Both the position numbers and the translations under genes were made by a program. From positions 768,001-832,000 of the forward strand of contig OZ223300.1 of assembly GCA_965140705.1 (NCBI GenBank): a DNA stretch of 64,000 nucleotides, written 5' to 3'. Numbering within the stretch: position 1 is the first letter of the stretch; the number at the start of each line of letters is the position of its first letter. Source of the DNA: an uncultured Arcobacter sp. GTDB taxonomy: Bacteria; Campylobacterota; Campylobacteria; Campylobacterales; Arcobacteraceae. The notes under the pieces were generated by a model, which did not search any database, was not told the origin of the DNA, and was given only the letters and a program-made list of their open reading frames with translations. Shown one piece after another: positions 1 through 10,868 of the stretch.

Positions 1-245
1 GCAGCTGGTATCGCAGCTGACATTTCAGCTAATGATAAAACTAAACAAAAATACATTACAGCCATTAAAGCAGCAGCAATAGCAAATCCACCCCAACCAG
101 CTTCTGCAATACCAAAGTTCCATCCAGCAAAATCACCTGAAATAACATATGAAATACCAAGTCCAGCAAGCAACATCCAACCAGCTGTCCCCCTTTTTAA
201 CTGTCTTTTCGCAAGATAGTCTTGATCAATTTTAGTTTTTCCCAT
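1..245 (-). CDS. eat: Ethanolamine permease (APC family), N-terminal part; runs off the window start
   Basis: Manual translation from ATG at 245: MGKTKIDQDYLAKRQLKRGTAGWMLLAGLGISYVISGDFAGWNFG...; directly downstream of eutC. Confidence 0.85.
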   Translation of the reverse strand, partial: MGKTKIDQDYLAKRQLKRGTAGWMLLAGLGISYVISGDFAGWNFGIAEAGWGGFAIAAALMAVMYFCLVLSLAEMSAAIPA

Positions 246-257
246 TTCTCTTATCCT

Positions 258-1160
258 TTAGTTTAGAAGAAAGTTTTCTTCACTGTTAGTTAGTTCGATT
301 TCGTCATTTGTTGTTCTATCTTTTAAATTCACACCCGATAATTCTAATCTTCGAGATTCTTTTAATAAATAAATTGTTTTTTTTACAGCCTCGGCATAAG
401 ATAATCCATCTAATCGAACATTTGAGATACAATTTCTATTTGCATCTGTAAGGCCAACCTGTGCATCCCAGGTAAGATATAAACCAAGACTATCAGGGGA
501 GCTTAACCCTGGTCTTTCTCCAATTAATACTAAAGTTGCTTTTGCATTTAATAACATACCAACTTCATCTCCAATAGCCACTCTTCCTTGTTGAACAACT
601 GTGAAAGGTGTTATGCTCCATTCTTGTTTATCTTGTGATAGTGCTTGACATAATTTATCTATAAAATTAATGGCATTTTCTTTTATTGCTAAAGATGAAA
701 GCCCATCTACAATAACAATTGCTAAATCATAAGGTCTAGATTCAACTGAAACTGTATCTTTTAGTATGTTGTGTGATTTTTGATTTAGTTTTCTTCCTAA
801 ATCAGGTCTTTGTAGATATTCAATTCTATCTTTTGCTTCAGAGTGTAAAAGAATGGCTTTATGTCCTTTTTGTAGAAGCTCCTTGTTAGTTCTATTTGAA
901 GTTACAATATTTACATTAAATGAAGTATTATCTATTTGTTCAAAGATATAATCCACATCTAAGGGTAAATGAACAGCATCTTGTGCTTGGGCATGGGCTA
1001 ATTGAAACTCTAAAAGATGCGAAGTTGGAAGACTAACTCCACTTCTTCCTAATCCAATTCTTGCATCTGTATACTCTCTTAGGACTGACCATGGGTTTTT
1101 TATAACATTTGATTTATTTGATGTTTCATTTATGATTTTATTTTCCATATTAGGCTCCAA
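258..1160 (-). CDS. eutC: Ethanolamine ammonia-lyase small subunit
   Basis: ARIGLGRSG, YLQRPDLGR, LIGERPGLSSPDSLG, RNCISN motifs; follows eutB. Confidence 0.95.
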   Translation of the reverse strand: MEPNMENKIINETSNKSNVIKNPWSVLREYTDARIGLGRSGVSLPTSHLLEFQLAHAQAQDAVHLPLDVDYIFEQIDNTSFNVNIVTSNRTNKELLQKGHKAILLHSEAKDRIEYLQRPDLGRKLNQKSHNILKDTVSVESRPYDLAIVIVDGLSSLAIKENAINFIDKLCQALSQDKQEWSITPFTVVQQGRVAIGDEVGMLLNAKATLVLIGERPGLSSPDSLGLYLTWDAQVGLTDANRNCISNVRLDGLSYAEAVKKTIYLLKESRRLELSGVNLKDRTTNDEIELTNSEENFLLN

Positions 1161-2550
1161 TTACTTTTTTAAGTGATTTTGAAAAGCCAGAAGGGATATC
1201 ATCATTTAAAGAAAAGGTATCTGTATTTGTAAATATTTCCATCTTTTTTAACCATGCTTCAAATTCAGGAGCAGGGTGTAAGTCTAAAACTCTTCTTGCA
1301 TAAAGGGCATCATGGAAAGAGGTGGTTTGATAATTAAGCATGATATCATCAGAACCTGGAATTCCCATAATAAAGTTACATCCAGCAACTCCAAGTAGAG
1401 TTAATAAGTTATCCATATCATTTTGATCTGCATCTGCATGGTTTGTATAACAAATATCACAACCCATTGGTAATCCTAATAGTTTTCCACAAAAGTGATC
1501 TTCTAATCCTGCCCTTGTAATCTCTTTCCCATCAAATAAATATTCAGGTCCAATAAAACCAACAACAGTATTTACTAATAGTGGGTCAAACTTTTTAGCA
1601 ACAGCATAAGCTCTTGCTTCACAGGTTTGTTGATCAACCCCAAAGTTTGCATTTGCTGATAGGGAACTTCCTTGTCCTGTTTCAAAATACATAACATTAT
1701 TTCCAACGGTTCCTCTATTTAAAGAGAGTGCTGCTTCTCTTACTTCTTTTAAAATAGATAAATTAACCCCAAAACTTGTATTAGTAGCTTCAGTTCCTCC
1801 AATAGATTGGAAAACTAAATCAACTGGTGCTTTTTTTTCAATTGCTTCAATAGTATTTGTAACATGAGTTAAAACACAAGATTGTGTAGGAATCTCATAT
1901 TTTGTAATTATTTCATCCATTATTTTTAGAAGTTTTATAGTCTGTTCAACATTATCTGTTGCTGGATTGATACCAATTACTGCATCACCATTTCCATATA
2001 ATAATCCATCTAAAATACTAGCGGTAATTCCTCTAACATCATCTGTTGGGTGATTTGGTTGAAGTCTTGTTGAAAGGTGGTTTTTCAATCCTATTGTATC
2101 TCTAAAGGCAGTTGTAATAGGGCATTTTTTTGCAACTAAGATTAAATCTTGATTTCTCATGATTTTACTAACAGCTGCCACCATTTCAGGTGTCATACCA
2201 GCTCTTGCTTGTTTTATTAAGTCAGGTGTTGTATTATCACTTAGGAGCCAATCTCTAAAATCCCCAACGGTTAGATGAGAGATGATTTTAAAAGCTTCAC
2301 TATCATGATCATCTATAATAAGTCTAGTGATTTCATCTTTTTCATATGAGATAAGATGTTCTTCTAAAAAAGTTTTTAGAGGTACTTCAGCTAATCTCAT
2401 TTGAGCTATTACTCTTTCTTGTGATGAACTTGCAGCAACTCCTGCTAAAACATCTCCAGATCTTTTTGGGGTGGCTTTTGCCATTAAATCAGTTAAGTTT
2501 TTAAAGGTATAAGTCTTTTGTCCAAGTGTATATTTGTAAGTATTCTTCAT
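1150..2550 (-). CDS. eutB: Ethanolamine ammonia-lyase large subunit
   Basis: RLQPNHPTDD, YFETGQGS, GLEDHFCGKL, GCDICYTNH motifs. Confidence 0.97.
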   Translation of the reverse strand: MKNTYKYTLGQKTYTFKNLTDLMAKATPKRSGDVLAGVAASSSQERVIAQMRLAEVPLKTFLEEHLISYEKDEITRLIIDDHDSEAFKIISHLTVGDFRDWLLSDNTTPDLIKQARAGMTPEMVAAVSKIMRNQDLILVAKKCPITTAFRDTIGLKNHLSTRLQPNHPTDDVRGITASILDGLLYGNGDAVIGINPATDNVEQTIKLLKIMDEIITKYEIPTQSCVLTHVTNTIEAIEKKAPVDLVFQSIGGTEATNTSFGVNLSILKEVREAALSLNRGTVGNNVMYFETGQGSSLSANANFGVDQQTCEARAYAVAKKFDPLLVNTVVGFIGPEYLFDGKEITRAGLEDHFCGKLLGLPMGCDICYTNHADADQNDMDNLLTLLGVAGCNFIMGIPGSDDIMLNYQTTSFHDALYARRVLDLHPAPEFEAWLKKMEIFTNTDTFSLNDDIPSGFSKSLKKVIGA

Positions 2551-2760
2551 TTTTAATCCTAATGTAAAAGATCAAAGAATTTTGATTATCAATTTCTTTA
2601 GAATAATTTTACATTAAAATTGTAGCTTGAATGTAGATGTAAAGATATCTATATTTGTATAAAAAATATACAATTTTTATAATATTAAATTAATTAATAT
2701 AATTTAATATTTAAGAATATTATTTAATAATATTAAAATGAAAAAGGAATAAAGACAATT

Positions 2761-4620
2761 TTAATAATTGTCTTTATCTTTATTTATGAGAAGGTCTTTT
2801 GTAAATCTTATGACTTTATTTCTACCTGTCTCTTTTGCTTTATATAAACATAAATCAGCAAATTTGATACATTTCCACATTTGATCTGCATCACTAGGTA
2901 AGAAAGAATATCCAATACTTACAGTTTTACTAAATGACTCATTATTAAAAGTAAATACGAGTTTTGCAAATTCACTATTTATTCTTGTAGCTAAATCTTT
3001 TGCACTCTCTTCAGTTGGATTTTCCATAATTATTAGGAATTCTTCCCCTCCAAATCTAATAATAAAGTCTTTATCAGAAATTTCTGCTTTCATTGTTTTT
3101 GAAAGTTTTTGTAAAATAGTATCACCTGCATCATGCCCATAAGTATCATTAACCATTTTAAAATAATCAATATCTAAGAACATAACGGCATAAGTTGAAC
3201 CAAGAAGTAGTTCTTGAGGCATTTTTTTCTCTATAAAGTCATCTAAATATTTCCTATTATAAAGTCCTGTCAAGCCATCAACAAGATTTCTCTCTCTTAA
3301 TACATCCATTAAAATTTTACTTTCTAAAATAGGTTTTGTCTCTTCTAAATATTTTCTAATAATTCCAATTTTATATTTTGTCTCTTCTAAATGGTTTTTA
3401 CTATCACACATAACATGAACTGTTATACTTTTGTGTTTATTTATTGTAAATGGAATACAAATATAATCTGAACAATCATCACAAGAAGCAATTCTACAAA
3501 TTTCTGGAAAATTTTCAGATAAAACCACTGTATCTGTTCTCTCCGCTCTACATTGTTCTTTTATGTTTTTAAGTAGACTACAACAAGGCGTTGTCTCTTC
3601 TGTTGAGAATATTACTTTTCTAGTATCTCTTTTTAAATCATTTTCATAAATACAAAAATTTTCTATTTTTAGCTTATCTTTAAAAACTTGAACTAATCTG
3701 TAATAAATATCATCTTTTGTTAAATCAGTCTCTATAGTTTTTTTATAGTTATATATTTCTGTAATATCTTCTATTATTTTTTGTGCAGTTAATAGCTTAT
3801 CACTGTTTGCATTAGTTGATGCTCTATTGTGAACAAATGATGTTAAGTTTTTTTCAATTCCAGTTAATACAGTTTCTAGTTTTTCAATGATTTCGTTTAA
3901 CCATTGGAAAGCCTCTTTATCTTCTTTTAACACGCCTTCTTTTGCTCTAATTGAATAGTCACCTTCATGTACTTTTTTTAAAACTTCCGTAATTGAATCA
4001 AATGAAGAAGTATAAGGTTTGATTTTTCTACTTATATAAATAAGTATAAGTATTAAAAATACTGTGATAATTGCAATTATATTTAATAATACAGTAATAC
4101 TTGAAATTCTATCATCTTGGATATCAAATTTTAAAGATATGGCACCTAAAACCTCTCCTTCTTTTGCATTATGACAGCTTAAACAGTTGGGTTTATCAAG
4201 GGCTGAAGCTGTATATGGAATAGTGATTCTTAATGTGGCACTTTTAATAGATTCATTAGGAAGGGTAATTACTTTTCCAGTTTTTAAAACTTCTTCATCA
4301 ATTGCATCTCTTGGTTTTTCATTTCTATTCGCTGATTTACCAAATTGTTGAGAAACAGTCTCTCCCCTTATTATCCATAAATCTTTTATCTCTTTTATTT
4401 GACTAATACTAGTTAGAAAGGTTTCTCTTTTATCCATAGTTCCATTAATCATATGAGAAGTTAATGTTTCTTTTACAATATCTGCTGCTAAATAGGCTCT
4501 TTTTATAGCTCCATTGTAGCCACTCTCTCTTGAACCAATTGCAACTAGTGCTACTATTACAATAGTTAATAAGGTAACCATTGTAAAAATTATTATCGTT
4601 ATTTTTTTATTTGAATCCAT
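2761..4620 (-). CDS. Membrane diguanylate cyclase with periplasmic CxxCH (c-type heme) sensor and a Cys-rich GAF-like region
   Basis: Two TM segments, CLSCH between them, C-terminal DIDYFK/NDTYGH/RFGGEEF. Confidence 0.85.
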   Translation of the reverse strand: MDSNKKITIIIFTMVTLLTIVIVALVAIGSRESGYNGAIKRAYLAADIVKETLTSHMINGTMDKRETFLTSISQIKEIKDLWIIRGETVSQQFGKSANRNEKPRDAIDEEVLKTGKVITLPNESIKSATLRITIPYTASALDKPNCLSCHNAKEGEVLGAISLKFDIQDDRISSITVLLNIIAIITVFLILILIYISRKIKPYTSSFDSITEVLKKVHEGDYSIRAKEGVLKEDKEAFQWLNEIIEKLETVLTGIEKNLTSFVHNRASTNANSDKLLTAQKIIEDITEIYNYKKTIETDLTKDDIYYRLVQVFKDKLKIENFCIYENDLKRDTRKVIFSTEETTPCCSLLKNIKEQCRAERTDTVVLSENFPEICRIASCDDCSDYICIPFTINKHKSITVHVMCDSKNHLEETKYKIGIIRKYLEETKPILESKILMDVLRERNLVDGLTGLYNRKYLDDFIEKKMPQELLLGSTYAVMFLDIDYFKMVNDTYGHDAGDTILQKLSKTMKAEISDKDFIIRFGGEEFLIIMENPTEESAKDLATRINSEFAKLVFTFNNESFSKTVSIGYSFLPSDADQMWKCIKFADLCLYKAKETGRNKVIRFTKDLLINKDKDNY

Positions 4621-4810
4621 TTTATAACCTAAATAAAAGTTTAAATAATTTTATCATAATTAGAATTTAATTTTTATATAACTATTTACAATTTTGTAAA
4701 AATTTGTTATTTTATGTTAATATAATAAAAATTAGACATATTTAAAATGAAAGAAAGAAGTAGTTTTAAGTATATTCTTAATATAATTTATTTTTAGTTA
4801 AAGGAAAATA

Positions 4811-5197
4811 ATGAATTTAAGAGTTTTGGTTGTAGACGATAGCTCAACTATGAGAAGAATCATTGTTAATGTTTTAACGCAATTAGGTATCTCTACTGAT
4901 TATATTCATGAAGCAGAGGATGGATTAGTTGCTTTAGGAAAAGTTAAAACAAATAGCTATGATGTTATTCTTACAGATTGGAATATGCCAAGAATGAATG
5001 GATTGCAGTTTGTTCAAAATGTCAGAAAACTGCCTAAATATGTGAATACACCAATTTTAATGATAACAACTGAAGGTGGGAAATCAGAAGTTATAGAAGC
5101 TTTAAAAAGTGGAGTTAATAACTATATTGTAAAACCATTTAATGCAGATATATTAAAATCAAAATTAGAACCTATATTAAAAAAAAGTAAGAAATAA
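4811..5197 (+). CDS. cheY: CheY-like single-domain response regulator
   Basis: LVVDDSSTMRRII, TDWNMP, MITTEG, YIVKPF. Confidence 0.85.
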   Translation: MNLRVLVVDDSSTMRRIIVNVLTQLGISTDYIHEAEDGLVALGKVKTNSYDVILTDWNMPRMNGLQFVQNVRKLPKYVNTPILMITTEGGKSEVIEALKSGVNNYIVKPFNADILKSKLEPILKKSKK

Positions 5198-5214
5198 ATT
5201 ATAATTAAAGTAAA

Positions 5215-6534
5215 TTAATCTTCTTGAACTTCAGGAAGTTTTTTTGCTAAATATATTGCAAGTACTCCTATTAGAGATAAAAATAATATAATTCCACCAA
5301 CTCCAATTATAGAACTAAAAGTACCAATTGAACCACTTAAAAGTAATATTATTCCAATTAAGGTATTACTAACAGCCACATAATCTGTTCTTTTATTCCC
5401 TTCTGCCAAGTCAACTATATATGTTTTTCTACCAATTCTTATTCCCTGATACCCAATACTTAAAACAAAATAGATAATAGGCATAATCCATATATATAAA
5501 AAAAGTTGAGAATAAAAATAATAAATAAAAGATACAATAAAGCCTACAGTCGTAGCAATTGTTGCTCCTAAAATCATAACTCTTTTACTAGATATATCTG
5601 AAAACTTACCCCAAAAATTAGCGGATAATAAATCTGCTAATCCACTTGAAAGAATAAAAAGACCTAATAAGTAAGTATCGTCATTTGAGTGTTCTTTAGC
5701 TATGATTACAAAAAATGGTGCGCTTAAAACTGAACATAAAAATAGTGCTCTTGTTATCACAAAAAGTCTAAATGGTTTATCAGTTTTTAAAATAGATAGT
5801 TTTTTAATAGCAACAGTAAAGGCATTTCCTCCTCCATGTGTTTCCCCTGGGAATTCGTTTATTTGTGAATATATAAGTGATGCTAAAATCCAAAAAATTC
5901 CAGCGATAAAAAGTAGTACTCCAAAATTTTGAGGAGAGAAAGGTTTTTCTCCATTTAATAAAAAATAGACTCCAAGAGCAACAACAAGCAGACCTGAAAG
6001 CATTGCAGAAAGTCCATTTAAGGCACCTCTTCTTGTTTTAGGAATTGTTTTACCTATTACATCTTTTGCTGCAACTGAACATAATCCTCTTGCCAAACTC
6101 ATAAGTATAAGTAGTGCAATAATTGCTAAACCAGCATTTAAGCCTTCTAAATTCCAAGCCACAAGACCAATTCCAAAAATACACAAGGCTTGTAAAATTG
6201 AGCCAATTACCCATACCCATTTTCTAATAGGTAGTTTTCTAACATAAGCTGCTATAAAAAGTTGAGGAAGAAGTGAACCTGACTCTCTAATTGGAACTAA
6301 AAAACTAATCAGAAATACAGGAACATTTAAGCTATGCATTATCCAAGGTAAAATTATTTTTGTATTAGAAATTGCATCTGCAAGTTTAGTAAAGAAGTAA
6401 CTAATAAGAGTTAGAAAAAAATTACCAGGTACCACTTTGCATGCTTTTTCATCTATAGCTTTGCAAACTCTTGCATCTTCTTCATTTACAAGTTTATTGT
6501 AAATATTATCAGGATTAAATTTTTTTAAAGGCAT
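5215..6534 (-). CDS. MFS-type membrane transporter
   Basis: About 12 hydrophobic segments; WGKFSDISSKR loop resembles MFS motif A. Confidence 0.75.
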   Translation of the reverse strand: MPLKKFNPDNIYNKLVNEEDARVCKAIDEKACKVVPGNFFLTLISYFFTKLADAISNTKIILPWIMHSLNVPVFLISFLVPIRESGSLLPQLFIAAYVRKLPIRKWVWVIGSILQALCIFGIGLVAWNLEGLNAGLAIIALLILMSLARGLCSVAAKDVIGKTIPKTRRGALNGLSAMLSGLLVVALGVYFLLNGEKPFSPQNFGVLLFIAGIFWILASLIYSQINEFPGETHGGGNAFTVAIKKLSILKTDKPFRLFVITRALFLCSVLSAPFFVIIAKEHSNDDTYLLGLFILSSGLADLLSANFWGKFSDISSKRVMILGATIATTVGFIVSFIYYFYSQLFLYIWIMPIIYFVLSIGYQGIRIGRKTYIVDLAEGNKRTDYVAVSNTLIGIILLLSGSIGTFSSIIGVGGIILFLSLIGVLAIYLAKKLPEVQED

Positions 6535-6535
6535 A

Positions 6536-7243
6536 TTATAAAGCTTTGAATCCTTCTTCTAAGTCAAGTGTACCTTCATAAAAAGCTTTTCCAACTATAA
6601 CACCAGCAATATTCCCATTTGCCTTACAGTTTATTATGTCATTTATATCTTTTACCCCACCACTAGCAATCGTATCTATTCCACTAGCAAGGGCAATTGA
6701 TTCAGTGAACTCTACATTTACACCACAAAGCATTCCATCTTTACTTATATCTGTACAAATAATAGCTTGAACACCTGCATTGGCAAACTCTTTAGCTAAA
6801 GTGGTAGCTTCCATTGTAGAAACTTCTGCCCATCCTTCAACGGCTACCATTCCATCCATAGCATCAATTCCAACAGCAATTGGATATTTTGAAGCCATAT
6901 CTTTTACAAATTGTGGATCTTTTACTGCAATTGAACCTAAAATTAATCTATCAACTCCTAGTTCAATATACATTTTGATAGTTTCCTCATCACGAATTCC
7001 ACCACCAAGTTCAATTTTAAGATTACAGTTTTCTCTTATTTTTTTGATTTGCTCTAAGTTTGCTGGTTTCCCTGCAAATGCTCCATTTAAATCTACTATA
7101 TGAACCCATTTACTTCCAAGTTCTTCAAATCTTTTAGCTACTTGCCAAGGCTCATCTGAATAGATTTTTGCACTATCCATTAAACCTTTGCTTAGTCTTA
7201 CTGCTTTTCCATCTTTTAAATCAATCGCTGGCAATATATCCAT
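6536..7243 (-). CDS. hisA: ProFAR isomerase
   Basis: [38 protein letters not shown]. Confidence 0.97.
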   Translation of the reverse strand: MDILPAIDLKDGKAVRLSKGLMDSAKIYSDEPWQVAKRFEELGSKWVHIVDLNGAFAGKPANLEQIKKIRENCNLKIELGGGIRDEETIKMYIELGVDRLILGSIAVKDPQFVKDMASKYPIAVGIDAMDGMVAVEGWAEVSTMEATTLAKEFANAGVQAIICTDISKDGMLCGVNVEFTESIALASGIDTIASGGVKDINDIINCKANGNIAGVIVGKAFYEGTLDLEEGFKAL

Positions 7244-7258
7244 AATAAATGCTATCCT

Positions 7259-8110
7259 TTATTTACATAAGTTTTCTATTGTTTCTTCTATTGTTTTATA
7301 TTTAAATTCAAAACCTAAATCCAATAATTTTTTAGGAATAGCACTTTGTCCATCTGTTAAGACCTTAGCACCTTCACTAAAAATTATATTTAAAACAAAT
7401 TCTGGTACTGGAAGTATAGTAGGTCTTTTTAGTGTTTTTCCTAAAGCCTGAGTCAAACCTTTATTTGTAGTTGGAACAGGTGCACTTAAGTTAAATGTAT
7501 CTTCATAAGAGTTTTCAATCACAAATTTATAAGCATTTAGTAAATCTTCTATATGAATATATGAGAATGCTTGTTCTCCACTTCCTATTACTCCACCTAA
7601 TCCTAATTTAAATGGAAGTATCATCTTTTGCAAAGCTCCACCATCTTTTCCTAAAATTATTCCAAATCTAAAAATAGAGACTTTTGTCTTTTCACTTTTT
7701 GCTTTTAAAGCCTCTTTTTCCCACTCTTGACAAATTGATGATAAAAAATCATTTGAATAAGTTCCATTTTCATCATAAGTTGCTTTATTGTCATATATAC
7801 CAACGGCAGAAGTTGAGATCAATAATTTTGGTGGATTATCTATATTTTTTATTGCAGATACTAATTTTTGTGTAGTATTTATTCTACTTGAGTAAAGAAG
7901 TTTTTTATAACTTTCACTCCATCTATTTATTATATTTGCACCAGCAAGGTTTATTAATATATCACTTGTATTAAGTAACTCTTCTAATTTGATTTTATCA
8001 TTTAAAATCTCCCTTCTAATAGGAAGAATTTTATAATCTAAATCAGTAAAGAATTTAGTCAAACTGCTACCTACAAAACCACTAGCTCCTGATACTGCTA
8101 TTGTTCTCAT
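7259..8110 (-). CDS. TIGR01777/YfcH-family NAD-dependent epimerase
   Basis: GASGFVG, INLAGANI, SRINTT, FKLGLGG..GSGEQ..SYIHIED. Confidence 0.9.
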   Translation of the reverse strand: MRTIAVSGASGFVGSSLTKFFTDLDYKILPIRREILNDKIKLEELLNTSDILINLAGANIINRWSESYKKLLYSSRINTTQKLVSAIKNIDNPPKLLISTSAVGIYDNKATYDENGTYSNDFLSSICQEWEKEALKAKSEKTKVSIFRFGIILGKDGGALQKMILPFKLGLGGVIGSGEQAFSYIHIEDLLNAYKFVIENSYEDTFNLSAPVPTTNKGLTQALGKTLKRPTILPVPEFVLNIIFSEGAKVLTDGQSAIPKKLLDLGFEFKYKTIEETIENLCK

Positions 8111-8122
8111 GATATATCCTTT

Positions 8123-8728
8123 TTATAGTTTTGTAAAATTCCTTAAAATTTGAATTCCATTATCATGTGATTTTTCTGGATGAGGTTGAAAACCATAAAT
8201 ATTATCTTTTTTTACAGCACTTACAAACTCATATCCATAAACTGTTTTTCCAATAATATTTTCTTCACTAGTAACTGCATGGAAAGAGTGAACAAAATAT
8301 AAATATGGATTTTTTAGTCCATCAAATAAAGGGTCATTGTTATTTATAATTGTATTCCAACCCATATGTGGTACTTTAAAATCTTCATGCATTTTAGTCT
8401 TATCAAATTTTACGACTTCACCATTTATAAGACCCAATCCATCACTATGACCAAATTCTTGTGAACTCTCAAAAAGAAGTTGCATACCTAAACAAATCCC
8501 AATCATTGGTTTCCCCGTTTTTGAATACTCTAATATTGCTTCTTTCATCCCTGTAGTATTTAAGTTACTCATTGCATCTGCAAAAGCACCAACACCTGGC
8601 AAAATTATTCTGTCAAAGTTTTTTAGTTCACTTGGGTCTTTTACAATTGATGCTTTTGCATCTAATAAATGACAAGCATTGTAAACGCTTGCTAAATTTC
8701 CCATATTATAATCAATTATTCCAATCAC
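8123..8728 (-). CDS. hisH: Imidazole glycerol phosphate synthase glutaminase subunit
   Basis: DYNMGN, LPGVG, GICLGMQ, PHMGWN, QPHPEKS. Confidence 0.96.
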   Translation of the reverse strand: MIGIIDYNMGNLASVYNACHLLDAKASIVKDPSELKNFDRIILPGVGAFADAMSNLNTTGMKEAILEYSKTGKPMIGICLGMQLLFESSQEFGHSDGLGLINGEVVKFDKTKMHEDFKVPHMGWNTIINNNDPLFDGLKNPYLYFVHSFHAVTSEENIIGKTVYGYEFVSAVKKDNIYGFQPHPEKSHDNGIQILRNFTKL

Positions 8729-8881
8729 GTGTTATCCTACATTTGTAATAAAAATATTATATCTAATTAAAATTATTAAGTAGTTAATAGCTTTAATTTT
8801 AAAAAATATATAAAGACCATAATATATGTATAAGTTATATATTATATGATATAATTTAAAATGTGAAAAGAGGAGGGGAAT

Positions 8882-10636
8882 ATGATAAGAAAAATATCTT
8901 TTCCAATACTTTTTTTAGTGTTGGCTTATTTCATACTTACTTATGAAAGTGCAAAAATAATTGTTGCAGGAGTAGCAGTATTTTTAGTAGGTGTATTTTT
9001 TATGGAGGAGGGCTTTAAACTTTTTTCTGGTAGTTTTTTTGAAAGGATTTTAGAAAAATTTACAAATACCTTACCTAAATCATTAGGAAGTGGTTTTCTT
9101 ATAACTTCTATAATACAAAGTTCTTCATTGACAAGTGTGATATTGATATCATTTCTAGGAACAGGCTTGATAGGTTTAGGTGAAGCAATAGGAGTAGTTT
9201 TAGGTTCTAGTTTAGGATCTACAACAACTGCATGGCTTATATCTGTGTTTGGACTTAAAATAAAAATTTCTCATTATGCTATGCCAATACTTATTTTTGG
9301 TATTTTTTTTAGATTTTCAAGAAATGAGAAATATAAAGGATTTGGAAATATATTACTTGGTTTAGGTTTTATATTTCTTGGAATATCTTATTTGATTAAT
9401 GGGTTTTCTTCTTTAAAAAACTTTATTGATTTATCTACTTTTGTTACTGATGGATATTTGGGGATGGGAATTTATTTTTTAATTGGTGCAGTTATGACGT
9501 TTATTATCCAATCTAGTTCTGCAAGTATGGCTATTATTTTAACTGCTTTAGCAAGTACTCAAATTACTTATATGAATGCTTTAGCAATAATGATTGGTGG
9601 AAAAGTTGGGAGTACTACTACAACGATACTTGGTTCTTTGAGTTCTAATGAAAATGGTAAACGTTTGGCAATTGCTCAACTTATATTTAATCTGGTTTCT
9701 GCTAGTTTTGCCATAATTTTTATTTATCAAATTAGTTATTTAATAGATTTTGTTGCTCATTATTTTGGATTAAATTTTGATAATTATGTAATAAAACTTA
9801 CCATGTTTCATACAATTTTTAATGTAGCAGCAATAATTATTGTAGCACCTTTTATACCTAAATTAGTTGTTTATTTACAAAAATTATTTGTACCAAAAAC
9901 TAAATCTTGGGCAAGTCCAAAATATTTGAATAAAGAAGTTATTAAGATTCCCAAAACGGCATTAATAAGTCTTAGAAAAGAGAGTCAAAATCTTTATTTT
10001 AATTTTTTAAAAGCAATTATGCATTTGATGAATATCAAACATGAGGATATTTTTTTAAATAGATATAAAGAAAAATCAAAAATTAATAATAATGTTAAAA
10101 TAGATAAAGTTTATAAAGAAAATTTAAAATCATTATATGTTGAAATACTCAAATATGGAATAGAATCACAAAAAAATATGAAAAATGAAGATAGTAAAAT
10201 TGTGAATATGTTCAAGTCAATAGCTGGACAGATGATTAAGTTATTGAATAATATAAAAACATTGCAAAAAAATATTGATATTCACAAAAACTGCACCAAC
10301 AAATATATAAAAAAAGAGTATGATTTTTTAGAAGATATGATTATAATGGTTCTTATAGAACTAAAAGATATTAGACAAAATCATAATTTAGATGATATTG
10401 ATAAAATGTTTAAATCTAAATCATTAAAACAAAAGTTAAATTCTTTGGATTTAATGTCTAGTAAGAGAATTGATAATATTATAAAAGCAAAAACAACAAG
10501 TAGTGAAATGATAACAAACCTTATAAATGATTTATCTTTTACTCTTAATATATGTAAAAAACTTATAGATATTACTACTATCCTTTGGGTTGAAGATAAA
10601 ATTTTGTTAGAATTAGGAGAAGAACATGAAAGTTAA
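8882..10636 (+). CDS. Na/Pi cotransporter family protein
   Basis: Two IQSSS repeats, multi-TM N-terminal half, helical PhoU-like C-terminus. Confidence 0.85.
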   Translation: MIRKISFPILFLVLAYFILTYESAKIIVAGVAVFLVGVFFMEEGFKLFSGSFFERILEKFTNTLPKSLGSGFLITSIIQSSSLTSVILISFLGTGLIGLGEAIGVVLGSSLGSTTTAWLISVFGLKIKISHYAMPILIFGIFFRFSRNEKYKGFGNILLGLGFIFLGISYLINGFSSLKNFIDLSTFVTDGYLGMGIYFLIGAVMTFIIQSSSASMAIILTALASTQITYMNALAIMIGGKVGSTTTTILGSLSSNENGKRLAIAQLIFNLVSASFAIIFIYQISYLIDFVAHYFGLNFDNYVIKLTMFHTIFNVAAIIIVAPFIPKLVVYLQKLFVPKTKSWASPKYLNKEVIKIPKTALISLRKESQNLYFNFLKAIMHLMNIKHEDIFLNRYKEKSKINNNVKIDKVYKENLKSLYVEILKYGIESQKNMKNEDSKIVNMFKSIAGQMIKLLNNIKTLQKNIDIHKNCTNKYIKKEYDFLEDMIIMVLIELKDIRQNHNLDDIDKMFKSKSLKQKLNSLDLMSSKRIDNIIKAKTTSSEMITNLINDLSFTLNICKKLIDITTILWVEDKILLELGEEHES

Positions 10637-10850
10637 AAAACTAATTGCTGAAATAAACAGTTTTTTTGAATCAAAAAAGGATAAGAAGTTTGAAAAGGCT
10701 TTAATTAAGCTCGAAAACAAAAAAGAGAAGATTGAAAAAAAGATTGAAAAAAAAGAGTTTGAAAATAATTCAAAAGAGCTTCTTGAAAATGAAATATTAA
10801 TGATAGAAGATATGATAAAAAAAGTAAGAAGAAAAATAAAAGATAAATAA
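10626..10850 (+). CDS. Small Lys/Glu-rich coiled-coil hypothetical protein
   Basis: Overlaps stop of upstream gene; AGGAG upstream. Confidence 0.6.
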   Translation: MKVKKLIAEINSFFESKKDKKFEKALIKLENKKEKIEKKIEKKEFENNSKELLENEILMIEDMIKKVRRKIKDK

Positions 10851-10868
10851 ATTTTTTATTTTATGTTA

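Noticed and set aside
2681..2711. AT-only 12-bp inverted repeat upstream of eutB
   Set aside because: Low-complexity A/T sequence; cannot be told apart from chance or a weak terminator
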